The notes under the pieces were generated by a model that was not told where the DNA came from, did no database searches, and saw only the letters and a list, made by a program, of their open reading frames with translations. From contig CM120643.1 in the NCBI GenBank assembly GCA_051362555.1, positions 6,758,001 to 6,822,000 of the forward strand: 64,000 nt of DNA. Direction: 5' to 3'. Below are positions 49,697-62,550 of the stretch, piece after piece. Source of the stretch: Lingula anatina. Its lineage: Eukaryota > Animalia > Brachiopoda. Each line of letters starts with the position of its first letter. The stretch's first letter is position 1. The position numbers were made by a program, and so were the translations under genes.

Positions 49697-50230
49697 CTGT
49701 TTCTTTCCTGTAATTTCAGTCATGCTGAAACAGTAGGTCTGATCGCTGATGACCAGCCAAAACTTGTCAAGATGGTAAAAAATTGAACTTCGGCAGTCCA
49801 AAGGACCAGCAAGATTTTTTAGTGTCACCATTTTGAATTTACAGTCATCATTTGACATACTTCACTAATAAAATTATATATAACCCACAGGGTTTTTTTC
49901 CCCCCTCCATTTACTTATCAGGCAAGATATAAAAAATGATAACATTCACAGACAAAGTAAGCTAGCCAATCATAGTATCTGTCTCAAACAAATAGAGTGA
50001 TTCCCTATGGGGAAGCCCCCTGCTCCCGATATTACTTGCTCCGGCATTGTCTACTGCTCACGACACACAGACAGCTATCAAGAGAGTGGTCCATGCTGCC
50101 GAGCATATGTTAACACGGCAGGGCAAATGTTTCCTGATTAACTTTTTTTTTGAAAATAACGTTGTTAGCATAGAAATGAGGTCACCTGATTAACTCAGTA
50201 AATTTGATTTCTCAGTTATTGGTACTTCTG

Positions 50231-50396
50231 CAGGGGCGGATTGAGGCCGTCTTCTGGGTCTTCCGGAAGACGGTCAGTTTTTACGTTTACATTGACGGGT
50301 ATACATTTTTTCTGTCGGAAGACGGTCAAAAATGGAGGATGGACTAACAAAGATAATTTGGAAGACTGTCAGAAAATATCTCTGGATCTGCCCCTG
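50231..50396 (+). mobile_element. CAGG...CCTG MITE with 5-bp TSD (family B)
   Basis: TIR caggggcgga / tctgcccctg with TSD ttctg. Confidence 0.8.
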
Positions 50397-51553
50397 TTCT
50401 GTTTATATTCAGCCTGCGGCATATCACCGTTTTACGTAATGATGGTTTAAAAGTTTGGTCGCTTCTTCGAACGCGATTTGTGGTGAAAGAACATAAGGCC
50501 ACACTTTTTTTTTATGGATGACATCCTCTGGAGACCCCGAAATCGGTGTGAGAGGGTGAAAAAAAAAAAAAAACTTTCCAAAAAAAAAAAAAAAAAAATA
50601 CTGCTTAAGTAAAGGAATGCTGTAAGTTTCTTGCTAAAAGGTAAAACAGTTTTCCACTTATCATGTTATTGGTGTTGGATACATGCTAAAAAAAAAAAAA
50701 AGCGAAAAAAACAGCCTTACTTTTGACAAAATGGCCCAATCATGCTGATTTTTTAGCTTGACCCACGTTTTATGAATATTCATCAGTTCTGTAAGTTTCA
50801 AGCAAAAAAGTAAAATGGCTTTCCACTAATCGTGCTAACGGTGAAAGTGCATGGCGACGACGACAACGACAGACGCAGGAAACTGCTATATGTAGAGACA
50901 CATCTGTGTTTGTACATAAAAGACTGCTGAGATGAGAAAAATATCAATAGAACAATTTTAAATTTCCAATTTGCACCATTTTGAGATTCTGAACATAGTG
51001 AGATTGAAACTGCACTGATGTGACTTTATTGCCATTTTTGACACTATTACACACTACAAGATAACAGATTAACTATCAGTAGTCCAAACAGACTGATTTT
51101 AAAACTTGACCTGAATATTCATCAATTCTGTAAGTTTGAAGACAAAAGGTGAAATGGTTTTCATTTTATTTGTATAACCATGGATTAAATATCCCGAATT
51201 GACAGCCAACCTGCTATGAATGGATGGCACCCAGTGATGATGAAGTACACTCAATTTATAGAACAATTTTGGGTAAATAGCTTTCAGGCCCAGATCTCAA
51301 AACAAGGATGACTTTTATTGTGTTATCAATATCTGCATTCTTAGCTTAGTTATGCCAAAAAATTTTACTTTGTGCAAAACAGGCAGCAAGCACCCCCCCC
51401 CCCCCCCCCCCAATAGAAATAAGATTCTATCACAAAGTGTTACGTCTACTTTAGCCTCTTTCACAATATTTTTAAAAAATTACTCTATGACCTCTTTCAC
51501 AATATTTTTAAAAAATTACTCTGTTCAGAAAACTTATAGTGTTACTTCCTTAC

Positions 51554-51695
51554 CTTATGTGAGGGATTTTTTCCAATTCCTCCTTCAAAAACTTGTACAA
51601 ACTTGCAGATTTCTCTTTCACCATAAAAAAAGGCACCTCTAGAACCTCTCTGTATCCTGCTTGATATAGGAAGTGTTTCTTTGCCTTTGTTTCAC
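51554..51695 (-). CDS. FASTKD5-like exon 2 (rest of the RAP domain)
   Basis: Acceptor ttctttattcaccag|, phase 1 matching exon 1. Encodes (G)ETKAKKHFLYQAGYREVLEVPFFMVKEKSASLYKFLKEELEKIPHI, matching the RAP consensus G...K.R.L...GY.VxEVP. Ends at AG|gtaagg. Confidence 0.8.
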
Positions 51696-52416
51696 CTGGT
51701 GAATAAAGAAAACCAAATCAATGTTAACATAAAACATATTTCAATGTCTTACTGAGAGGAAATGTGTGCCTGAATGCACTGAAATATTAATATTTACACA
51801 AAGAAAACCTATTCATGTCAAAACTTTATCACATAGACATATAACACATTCAAATTAAGATGGCCTCTGTTTAAAGTGTGAGATAATATACTGTTACCTG
51901 GGAAATATATACCACAACATGTTGAGATTTACTGAGGCAGTGGATTATAGTACTTATTATTTGACATACGTACAGAGAGAAAGTACTCATTCCCCCCCCC
52001 CCCCCCATAAAAAATTACCAAAAACCAAAAAAGGTACATAGCCATAGTCAAATAACATCTTTAGGTATTACTGATAAATGCTGATTGAAATCAACAAGGC
52101 AGGTGCACAGTTTGCTACTTAAATATGTTGAATTTATATGAGAAGTGTATTATACAAGCGTCAGTTGTCAAGACATTACTCTCTATCGATACACTATTGT
52201 TGTCCTTTGTACCCTATTGTTATTCCCAGTACCCCATTGTTGTTATGGCTATCTAAGCTGGCTCTCAGTGCGTAACCAGCAAGTATATAGAAGAAATAGG
52301 CTCAGTACAGTGCACTGAAGTCAAGCTTGTGTTAGTTATAATCTAAAGCCACTCATGGCAGCAGGGTGGGCTTACTAAAGCTATCTCTACATACAACAAC
52401 CACATTTTTAACTCAC

Positions 52417-54376
52417 CAGTTAACATTGGCTTGTTGATTAAGAAATCTTCATCATGAAGAATCCACACTGCTATTCTTCTCCATCTTTCTGGCAAGGCAG
52501 ACATATTTTCCATTTTGAGGAACCCATTTTCATCAAAGACTCTGGGCACCAGCTTCATGTCTACAGGCTCATTCAATTCATTCAAACAGAACTCCACAAT
52601 AGGACGATATATGGGAAGTACTGGCGTGACTCTTGCCATGTGGGGACCACCAAGAATCCTCCGTACAGCTGCTGAAACAGCCTGTGTTGAGAAATGCTGA
52701 CATCTATTTCTCAATTTATCTGCACAGTATTGAATACCATCTGCTTTGTAAAGACTTGGTGGAATCTTCTTAACATACTTGTCAATTTGCTCTATTTCTA
52801 ACCTTCCACACAACTCCACAATATTTAAAAACCCTTTTGGCTTCATAACATTTAATGATTCCTCCTTCATCAGACCAGACTGGAAACAACTATCAAGTAT
52901 TCCACTGAAGACTTCATAATAGCCATGACGGCACATCAAATCACAAGAAATGGAAAGCAATTTGAAAGGGGGGATATTTCTCCCTTGGTTTTGCACTAAA
53001 TCAACCACTTTTTTTAAAAAAGCAATATTTGTATTGCAATCCATTCGTAGGTAAGCATGAACTAATCTATAACCATCCTCCCCATCGATATCTTGTGCAT
53101 TAGCCACAAAGTTCTCAGCAACTTTCAACAGCATTTCATGATCAGAATAATACATTACACTAAATTGCCATGTAATACCAATTTGCTGTCTCAATGGCAA
53201 CAAAGACGCATGCTTCTTAAATATCTCAGCAAGTTCTGTAACATATTGTACATCCATGAAACCTTTATTCAACTTCTGCTTTTGGGCTAAGCCCAACATC
53301 CACTTAATGCACAGAAATGCACATCTCTTGTATTCTTCAGTTCCATCACAAAGCAGAATCTCCAACCCCTTCCATAAAATGTCAGAGGGCACCAAATATT
53401 CAACACTTTTACAGAGGCTGACATACCTGTACACTTCTTTCGGCTCAGAGAATTCACTGTCGAATTTCAGCTCCTGTAAAAAATGTCTTACATCATTTGC
53501 ATCCACCCATTTTCCACCCAGTTCACAAGAATAGTATATTGCAGATTGTAGAACACTAACAAGCCAGTGAACTTCTTTGCCTCCAAGTTCTTTCCTCTCT
53601 AGCTCTGCCTCATTCATCAACTGCTTCAAGAAAATCCTTATCTGCTCTTCAAAGTACTTCTGCTTGTGTAGTAAAGACAGATGTAACCATCCGTGACAGG
53701 CCTCTTTCCTAGACTTAACATGCCATTCGGACCATACCTGTGACATGTGTCTCTCCAGTTCCTTATAAAACTGAAGGATTTCTGGAGATGGCTGAATTAA
53801 AACCCCAACTAACAACAATCTGTTTAACTGACGTGGAACACTTCCCTCCATCAAACCTTTGTTCATGATGGTTAGCAGGGCTGATGATAACCTGTCATCT
53901 TGTAAAAGATGAGTGTTTTGATATCTTGGCGAATCCCTCAAACATTTAAGACTAACAGCATATATATACGGAAGCACTCCGTCAAGGTCCTTTTCAGCTT
54001 CCCGAGCTCCGTTCTCGTAATCACTAATAATCTCTCCTTCGCTCCTTCCATCTTGAATGAGGTACCACTTCGCGATTTTTTCAAAACGTATTTTTGTGTC
54101 TCTGATGATGGCGTTACATTCATCTTTCATCTTGATGCCCTCATATTCATTGATTGTTTTTGTAGTAGAGTATGACAGCTCAGTCCCAGTGGTAACTCTC
54201 CCTAACGACCAACCCCATATCTTGTGAGGGCTTCGCCTTCGTAGTTGAGAGACGGCACATGTAAATCGCAGCGATTGATGGCATTGTGAGGGTTGCGCCA
54301 AACACTGAGCTATTCTACCAACAAAACTGTGTCGACTACAACTTCGGTAGACATATCTCAGTGCCGAATAAAACAT
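52417..54376 (-). CDS. FAST kinase domain-containing protein (FASTKD5-like, mitochondrial), coding exon 1
   Basis: Only long ORF in the window (677 aa). It has an Arg/Ser-rich, acid-free N-terminus typical of a mitochondrial presequence and a Leu-rich helical middle. The C-terminal LGG...VLP...EFCLN...RRIAVW...N..LTG resembles the start of a FASTK-family RAP domain. Donor ACT G|gtgagt at 52417/52416. Confidence 0.85.
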
Positions 54377-54379
54377 GAT

Positions 54380-54600
54380 TACATGATTAAAATGTTCCCA
54401 GTACTGAACACGTCTCCACCACGACCACGAGGCGGTTGAGGCAAGCTCGCATTTGTAGAAACGGCAGGTCAGGTCACAAAATGGCGGAAAACGGCATTTC
54501 AGGCTACAAGAAAAAATGACATAAAAAGCGGAACCTTATACTAGGGAATAAACACCCCTTTCAACGCAATTTGACGTGAACAGCCAAGACCCGTATCTTT
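54380..54600. promoter_or_regulatory. CpG-enriched promoter region of the FASTKD5-like gene
   Basis: Local CpG enrichment immediately upstream of the ATG; YY1-like AAAATGGCGG at ~54478-54487. Confidence 0.4.
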
Positions 54601-55192
54601 TATATCATGTTACCTTTTCTTGAGCATCTTCCCTGCCTATAAGGACACGAGTTCTTGTAAAAACTTAAAGGGATAAGAACTGTTCATTTTGGCCAAAAAA
54701 TGAATTTTGCTGGGGTAAACAACAATTTTCCCAGTCTTACTAATGGTAAATGAATACATTCCGACATTCAAAGTTAGTCCGTGTTTTTTCCTTAAAAGTT
54801 TAGTTTTTTTTAATATTCTCTTAAGCATAAGAGATTATTACAGAGTTTAGCCTTCTATGGAGGTCACTTGGTGTGATGGCAAGCACAAATCCCAGAATAA
54901 TTGCGTTAACTGCCGTTTTTTTGTGGTAAAAAAGAATTTATTACATTTCTATGAGTTGTTTACAATGTATTTATTATGAAATATAGATATCATGCGAACA
55001 GTTGTTATCCCTTTAAAGTAGGTCCTACATGCTGACGCCACAAGATAATAATGAATATGACTCTTGTTAATTACATGTATGTGGACTTTTCTTTTAACAG
55101 CAACAATTTCTACATAGAATTGACGTCATCTCTCAGCTGGCCTATGGTAGAAATTAAAAATAAATATATATATATAGAATTGACGTAGAAAT

Positions 55193-55339
<147 letters not shown>

Positions 55340-58300
55340 GACGTCATCACTCAGCTGGCTCTGGTACAAAGTAATGTTGTAAAGGCACTATCAATTGACG
55401 AAAAATGTCTCTTTTAGTTGGAAAGGCATCCTTTAAAAAAGAATTTGTCAGTGGAGATTTTGGGGGGTAGTGAAGAAACAATTAAAACTGACAGCTCATC
55501 AAAGGGATTCCTCGATAAATGAGATTATCTGTTATCAATATCTCTACCTGGTGAACATTTTGATCTAAGGCAGGCATTTATAATTTTTCTTAGTGTCACA
55601 CTGTTTATTCTTAGTATTATATTCATTACAGGGGGAATTGTCCGGGTGTCGGTTGTCCAGGGGGTAATACCCAGAGGTGGAGGATTGTCCCGGGGGGGGG
55701 GGGGGGTCCCTGATACCTGCGACCACGACGGAGGGTGTCTTGGGGAATGCGAATATTCTATAACTTTTGGTATAATAAATGATTTGGTTTATGATCTTCC
55801 ATACATGCTCTTCCATACACATACATACATACACACATGAATATTTAACTACTTAAACCATTGCTCTGTTTTGCACAGGAATGGAATTTGTCTCTTTAGG
55901 GCCGGGGTTAACTGGGTGTTTGGATACAGTATCTTAAATACGTAGTGATACATATAGGTAGGACACAAAAAGTTCTAGTAGAAAACAAAATAATTCTCAT
56001 TTATTGCAATTAATATAACAAAAAATCCACATTTGTATGTTTATGTCAGACGAAATGTCACAGTTACAATCTACACGTGTTTGCAAGGACACTCTTGTTT
56101 TTAGTCAATTCCTTTTCCATTAAAAGGAAGTTTTTTTACCCACTAATCTCCAAGACTCCGAAGTTAAACATTGTATTCGGCTGACATAAATTGAAATACA
56201 GAGTGTCCCAGTATAAACGTAACCCAAAAATGTGAACGCCGTTTATTTTCTGTTTACAAATTATATACAATTCATATATATTTGAAAACTGCAGAAGTTA
56301 GCAAATCTACTGCTACAAACAACATGTCACGTGCTCTACTGGCAAAGATTTTGTCGTCATTTATAGAAAATACTCCAAATATGCTCTGTTATACATTGCA
56401 CAGTGTCTTTCAATTCAAAATGTAGTTTTATTAAGTAGTAAACATCAGAATGACAATTCGAGGACTAGCGAAAACGTTCTTCAAAGTTGTAAAGTGTATT
56501 GAACGAAACTAATCTGGGCACTCAGTCGTATGTATGCAGTCACAGACTACATATTCCTCCGTTTAAATCGCACCGCACGCACAGTCTGTTGTCACGTGGT
56601 CTTCTGACCCACCTGTCCATCAATCATCACTGTACTAAATATAAACATATCAATCATACTCTGTAAATCTACAAAGTTCATTAAGTTTCTTGTTATAACC
56701 TCTCAGCAAAATTGAACTAAATGTAACGTACACCATCCCACCAAGGAAAATTTCAAAATTTATATTAAAAGAAAAAAAAACAATAAAAAAACAAGGGCAA
56801 ATAGAAAAGATCTCACGTTGAGCGATCTTTCAATATTTGATTTAAGCTTTCAAGTAAGACAATATTTTTTATCAGTGATAAGACAAAAAGAAGATATCCT
56901 CCAACAGAAATAAATATTACTGCAAATAAAAGTACTAAGGACTAAGTCGGTTATAAAAACTTTATTTAATTGGGGCCTACCAAAAGTCGCATGCTTTGTA
57001 TACATGTATGTGTGGATATAGCTGTAGAAGTAAAGCTATCGCCTGCGTCTGTCGTCGTCGCCCTGCATATTTCACTGTTATAGCAATAAATTGATAGTCG
57101 TGTGGCTTTTTTTTTTTAATACTCAAACTTACTGGAGTAATTCACGTTAAAATGGCAGATATAGTGGGTCTTTTTTCCTTAAATTATCCCGCTTTTTTTT
57201 TTTACTTTTCTGTTATAGGCCTATATTGTAATGTAAGATTTGTTAACGCAATAAAAGGAAAACCCCGTGACTTACTGTATCATACTGAAATTTACAGAAT
57301 CACTTTTTATATGAGTATTAAAATACAGGCCAAGGGCAAATGTCAACTTTATCGGACCATTTTTGGCGAAGGTTATCACATGTCCCTCTTTCCTTCGAAT
57401 GGAATGTGTCGTCTCTCCTGGTCGACGCTCTGCTTTCCGTAGTTGTTATAACTACAGCTTGCTAGAGTCCGTCTTAACACTTTCTTGCAAAAATAATTTG
57501 TAATTGGATATACATAAATATTCTGTCGTTAAAGAGTCTAGATTTATGATTTTAGTCGCTACGAGAGAAAATAATAAAGCTTGATAAAAGTATTGATCAA
57601 ATAGGCCCATGATCATTAATATAAAGCATGTTATTATAAATAGGTAATAATTTACAAATAATTAGCTTCACTTGTTTCGGCTTCTTGATCCTAGACAACG
57701 TCTCGACATGCATTCCCAGAGAAAAAAATGTATCGCCTGCAGGGCCTCAAGTACGGTTACCACTGTTACATGGCACTCTTTTTTCATATAAATGAAATTC
57801 ATGACATTTGGACACTCTTGAAATATGTGCATTCAGTATAAAAAGTTTTGAGTATTTAAAAAAATTATTATGATACTTCGGAGAAATTATATGAAAATGA
57901 TCATATCAGCGTCCTCTGTCATTTATCGCTGTCTTCAAGACATATTAGACGAGTATGTAAGCTTCACTTTAATTCATTGGGACAACATTTCAGAGGAAGA
58001 ATTTGATAGAGTAAATCAGCGCTTAATTATAATGTCACGATGATTTTCTAGCATAACGTCAGCATAACATTTGCTGGAACTTATTTTAATTTTAGTTCCT
58101 TTCGTAGCGTTGACGCTTTGCCAGTTAATTTTCTAGCGCTGCGTTTTTAGTAATGACGCTCTTTCTCAATAGACGTCATCTTTGAATTCAAAGTCCATCT
58201 TTGTGAATTACTATAGTTGAAACATACGGTAGTTATATAAGTAGAAAAGATAAATCTGAACAGGTTTTTTTAAGAGACAAAAGTTGTAAAAGTTTGTATA

Positions 58301-59852
58301 ACCTGGTGTGTTAACGTTTAAGGACAACAGTAAACACCCAAACGCACTCAAAACTCAATTTCCCCGACTCTCCCAAACCTTTTATACCATCATCATACCC
58401 TCCCCCCCATAATATTTGTGCCGTTTTATTTCATCATATTTCTTTTTAATCCAACTTTCTCTATTAAAGGGTTCGTAGACATCTAATTTAAACTAAAATA
58501 ACATATTGTCATTTCCAATGGCTTATTAGGTAATTTATTTCTGAACTTTTTATCCCCCCTCCCCGCCTCGCGTTATGTCTTCACTAACACAATGGGGTGA
58601 TATTTTGTGGAGTCCGTCACAATCATGGTTGAGACAGCATCAGAATCAAAACACCGCAGTCACTATCGTAAGGTCTAGTTGGTCAAACATAGCAAAAACT
58701 GTTCAGATATTCAAATCAGTGAACCACATTGAGTCATGTCAAGAAAGCCAGTGACCTACATAATGTCGTTTCAATTTTATTTGGGGTTGATAAGGATCTG
58801 AAGTTAATTTTCGTCTGGCATTTTTTGAAATATACTGAACACAATTAAAAGTCGTCCAATGTATTTTTAATGTTGTAAAGTACAAATGAAGTTTCATCCA
58901 TAAAATATTGGTTAGAGTTGAGAAGGAAAGGCGGTCACTTCAGCCTGTCACCTCCCCCTACCATGAATGTAATGGGATGGACAGCCTGGAAGGAGACGTC
59001 ACTACCTCAGTGCTGAGTGATCAGGAAGTGGAGCGAAGGCGGCTTAGATATTAAGTATACGATTATCGTAATTTCAGCCATATCAGTATAACGTTTTAAG
59101 AAATCAATGTTAGGTATTTGGTGATAAGTTACTTGTGATTTATTTTTGAAAAGTATTTTGACACCCATTTGCTTAAAAGTGGTTTTGACCATTTCCCAAC
59201 ATTTTCCCCCACGTACCATTTATTTCCTCCTTCACGTCATCTCATCACGTCTCATAAAACAAAGGAAGATGCAGTTGCAATTCATGTTCAGTATTTTGAA
59301 CTTCGTCGGTAGAAATAATAGTGGCAGACGAAGTTTACCGTGAGAAATGGCCAAGGAGGGGAAAATGCTGTGAAATGTCTTGTGAGAGTCTGGCTATTGG
59401 CATGTTGATATTTAGTGAGCGGTTGGTAGTGGAATTATAGAATAAGACATAGGTATAGTAATAAACGTCCGTTTCCTAAGTAAAGAATATAATTCAAGTA
59501 TTAAGGGGATATAGTAATACACTTCCATTTCGAATATTGGCAAGATTCGTAAATTAAAATTTAACATTTCATTTCAATAAAATGTGTGAGCTAAACTGTG
59601 GTTGTATTGATTTCTGCGTGACATGTTATAAGATGAATCCTTCAAGACATAAGGGGCGAACTGATGACCCGAAATGCTGTTCTGAACGGGTTTGAAAAGG
59701 CTTTATCCAAAGGTGTCTTTTACGTGTTTCATATCAATATAGCATCACGAATTTGAGGTGATTTACGAATTAAATGTTACATATTTAAAACGTAATCATA
59801 TATCAGAAAGCATGATCATCAGTTAAAAAAATGCTTTATTGTATTGAAATAT

Positions 59853-60404
59853 CAGGCCTACCCAACTACCAGACTTGGCACCTGAGGATCCTGAATTAAC
59901 CGGTATATCGGACCACGCTACCCGTTTTCAAGGTGTGTGTCAGATCGCATTTCGGAGTATCATACCCCAGAACAAATTTTGTAGCACGACTGCGGGCTCA
60001 TCCACGCTCTTCTGAACAACCTTAAACTGTACTCTTACTTTAGAGTACTCTATTTTATTGTCTCTATGGGGATATATGGGGGCTTTACGACATTCGGTTT
60101 GAATGTTTTAACCACTTTTGATAGGGCTTTTTTTGCATTGTATGAGGTTAATGTGGCAGTCTAAGGTTCATCTAGGTGGCTTTCAAATTTATGCACCCGG
60201 TTTTAAAATCATATAGCGATTTTACGACAATCGTTTACTATCCAATCAAGGTGACAGCCGAGCATGCCAGGGCTCATCCTGTCGGTGTTCTGGCTGATAC
60301 TCCGAAATGCGATCTGACACACACCTTGAAAACGGGTAGTGTGGTCCGATATACCGGTTAATTCAGGATCCTTAGGTGCCGAGTCTGGTAGTTGGGTAGG
60401 CCTG
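59853..60404. mobile_element. CAGG...CCTG foldback MITE with ~110-bp TIRs and 5-bp TSD (family D)
   Basis: caggcctacccaactaccagact...cggagtatca is mirrored at 60295-60404; TSD aatat. Confidence 0.9.
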
Positions 60405-62159
60405 AATATATTGTATACTATCGAAGTTTCAAGATTGGAACAAGTGACATTTGTGAAATGGTACTATATGTGGTATTCTTCAGCAAGACAGCAAGGGATG
60501 ACTTTCTAGTTTGGATGAGAATTAAGTACGCAAAAATACACAAATTTTATGCCGGTTTAAAGCCAAATATTTTTCTGTAATATTCAACAATTTCATCTAA
60601 ATCACCAATGAACACATTATCGAATCCATTAATAAATTCTACAAGTCCGGTGTCGAATTCTTAATTTCTGTTTTTACCGGCTGCGGTGAGAGTAAACTTC
60701 AGTCTCATTCTCTAAATGTACTGAAATAAAAAACGAGACGACTTACGCTCATTGTGTGTCTTTCAATGTTCAGAAGGGAAAAAAGGATTATCGTCTCTTG
60801 AAATTTGAGTATTTGCTGTCTTGTTGATTAAGAGATGCCATTTTACGAATCAAGATCGATCATTTTGTGTCTCAGGTGAAGTATGTAGAATTAAGAAATT
60901 TCATTTCTATTTGAGAAAAATCCTTTCTTGAAAAGCTGATTTCGTTCATGTAAATACCATTCATATGACGGAAAAGAAACTACTTTCGTGTTTTACTTAT
61001 CTCTGAACATAGTTCTTACAATGTAAAATATGTACACGTTTTGTCCTGAAATATAATTTTTTGCCATTAATCTGTTGAACAAATACATTTATGGGAATGA
61101 AAATTGCTTTATTTTCCAAATTTAACAATTTCGGCAATTCTGTCTTAACAGCATCATTATCTACCGACCAGATGATACAGATATTATTAATATTTATTCG
61201 AATTTAGAACAATATATGTTCAGAAGGTTTTTTTTCGAATTGAAAATGCATGTAGGAAATATGAGAAAATCGTGATCTGTCCCTTGGTTTTTAAGCCAGA
61301 TTTCATGTAAATGTAATATGTTATCTAATTGAAAATGGATGTAGGAAATTTGATCTGCTCATTGGATTTTAACCCAAATTTTATAAGTGAACATGTAGTT
61401 TGTTCTTTAAGTAGTTTTTTCAAGGAATTTTTTTAAAATTTCATATTCATTTTACTATCTTATGTTCATTAGTCTTTCCAGTTTGGCAATAGCTGTATAA
61501 ACGTAGTATATGTTTTTATGTAGAACTTTTGACACTTTTTTTGCCAAACATAACGAAAATGCGTGTCCGTTTTTTTGCTCCCAACGATAAGTGTCTGACT
61601 GAAAAAAGCGTGCAATTTTAAACAGAGCATTTAATAAATATCTCATAATTTTCATTTTTATATAGAGAAAAACAATGGCGGAGCCAGAACATTTGAAAGG
61701 AGTCAGATGTTGACATTTGGGGCGAGATGGAGTATTTTGAGAACTTGATCATGTGAATCCAGAATGGGAGAGGGCGGAGACTAGATCCACCATTTTTTTT
61801 TCTATTTTAATGAAGAAGTTGAAATATATTGTTTTTGTCATTAAGTACAAACATAACACCGTTAGTATAGTAGATAATTTATTTGTCAAGTCGAATATAT
61901 TAGAATGTTATATTTTTACACCTATAAGTGAATTTAATAATAATAATAATAATAATATAATATACATCATAATATTATACTATGATAGCATAATATTCTT
62001 TAAGATACTAAACGCTTTTTAACTTGTAAAAAAACTGAAGACGATGACATTTTACAGATATATGTTTTATAAATAATTGAATACAAAAAAGCAATCTGTA
62101 TTGCTCTTAATAAAAAACTTATTGAATATACAAAACGTCTTAGCGTTTTTACTGATGGC

Positions 62160-62550
62160 TAAATTGCTCAGTGGTAGCCTGGGGTTGGGGTTCGATTCCT
62201 GGCTCGGGCACTTTGGAATTACAATGAGGTGCTATTAGAATTTTTCTTTGGTTACTATAAGAAGAAAGTCTACCAGGGGAGGGTGGGTGGGAACATTTAG
62301 AGGAATAGGTAACGCGCTTGCCTCTGAGACAGAAGGTCCCCAGTTCGATTCCTGGCGCTTCTAGGTCCTAGCAAATTACCTTTTGCAAAAAATAAACCCA
62401 AATGAACAATTTAAACTACTATAAGAGGATCATACGAATGAGGAAAAACGCGAACTGAGATAGTGGCTCAGTAGGTAAGGCGACAGACTAGGAAGTAGAA
62501 AAGGGTGAGCTAGGAGTTGAAAACCTAAGGTTCAAGTCGAGCTGAAGAAA
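62160..62550 (+). other. three degenerate tRNA-like (SINE-head) segments
   Basis: A/B-box-like pieces: tgctcagtgg...ggttcgattcc; cagttcgattcc; tggctcagtagg...ggttcaagtc. No complete cloverleaf. Confidence 0.45.

Noticed and set aside
52343-52416. C-terminal ELKMWLLYVEIALVSPPCCHEWL of the 677-aa ORF
   Set aside because: It reads through a consensus gtgagt donor; the spliced exon at 51695 gives a much better RAP-domain ending.
54470-54600. Divergent + strand gene from a bidirectional promoter
   Set aside because: A YY1-like motif is present, but no exon chain or ORF could be supported downstream.
56198-56230. Tc1/mariner-like end (TA-CAGAGTGTCCC)
   Set aside because: No matching second TIR or transposase found nearby.
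62300-62365. Possible functional tRNA gene
   Set aside because: A T-arm-like B-box is present, but the acceptor stem and D-arm do not pair.
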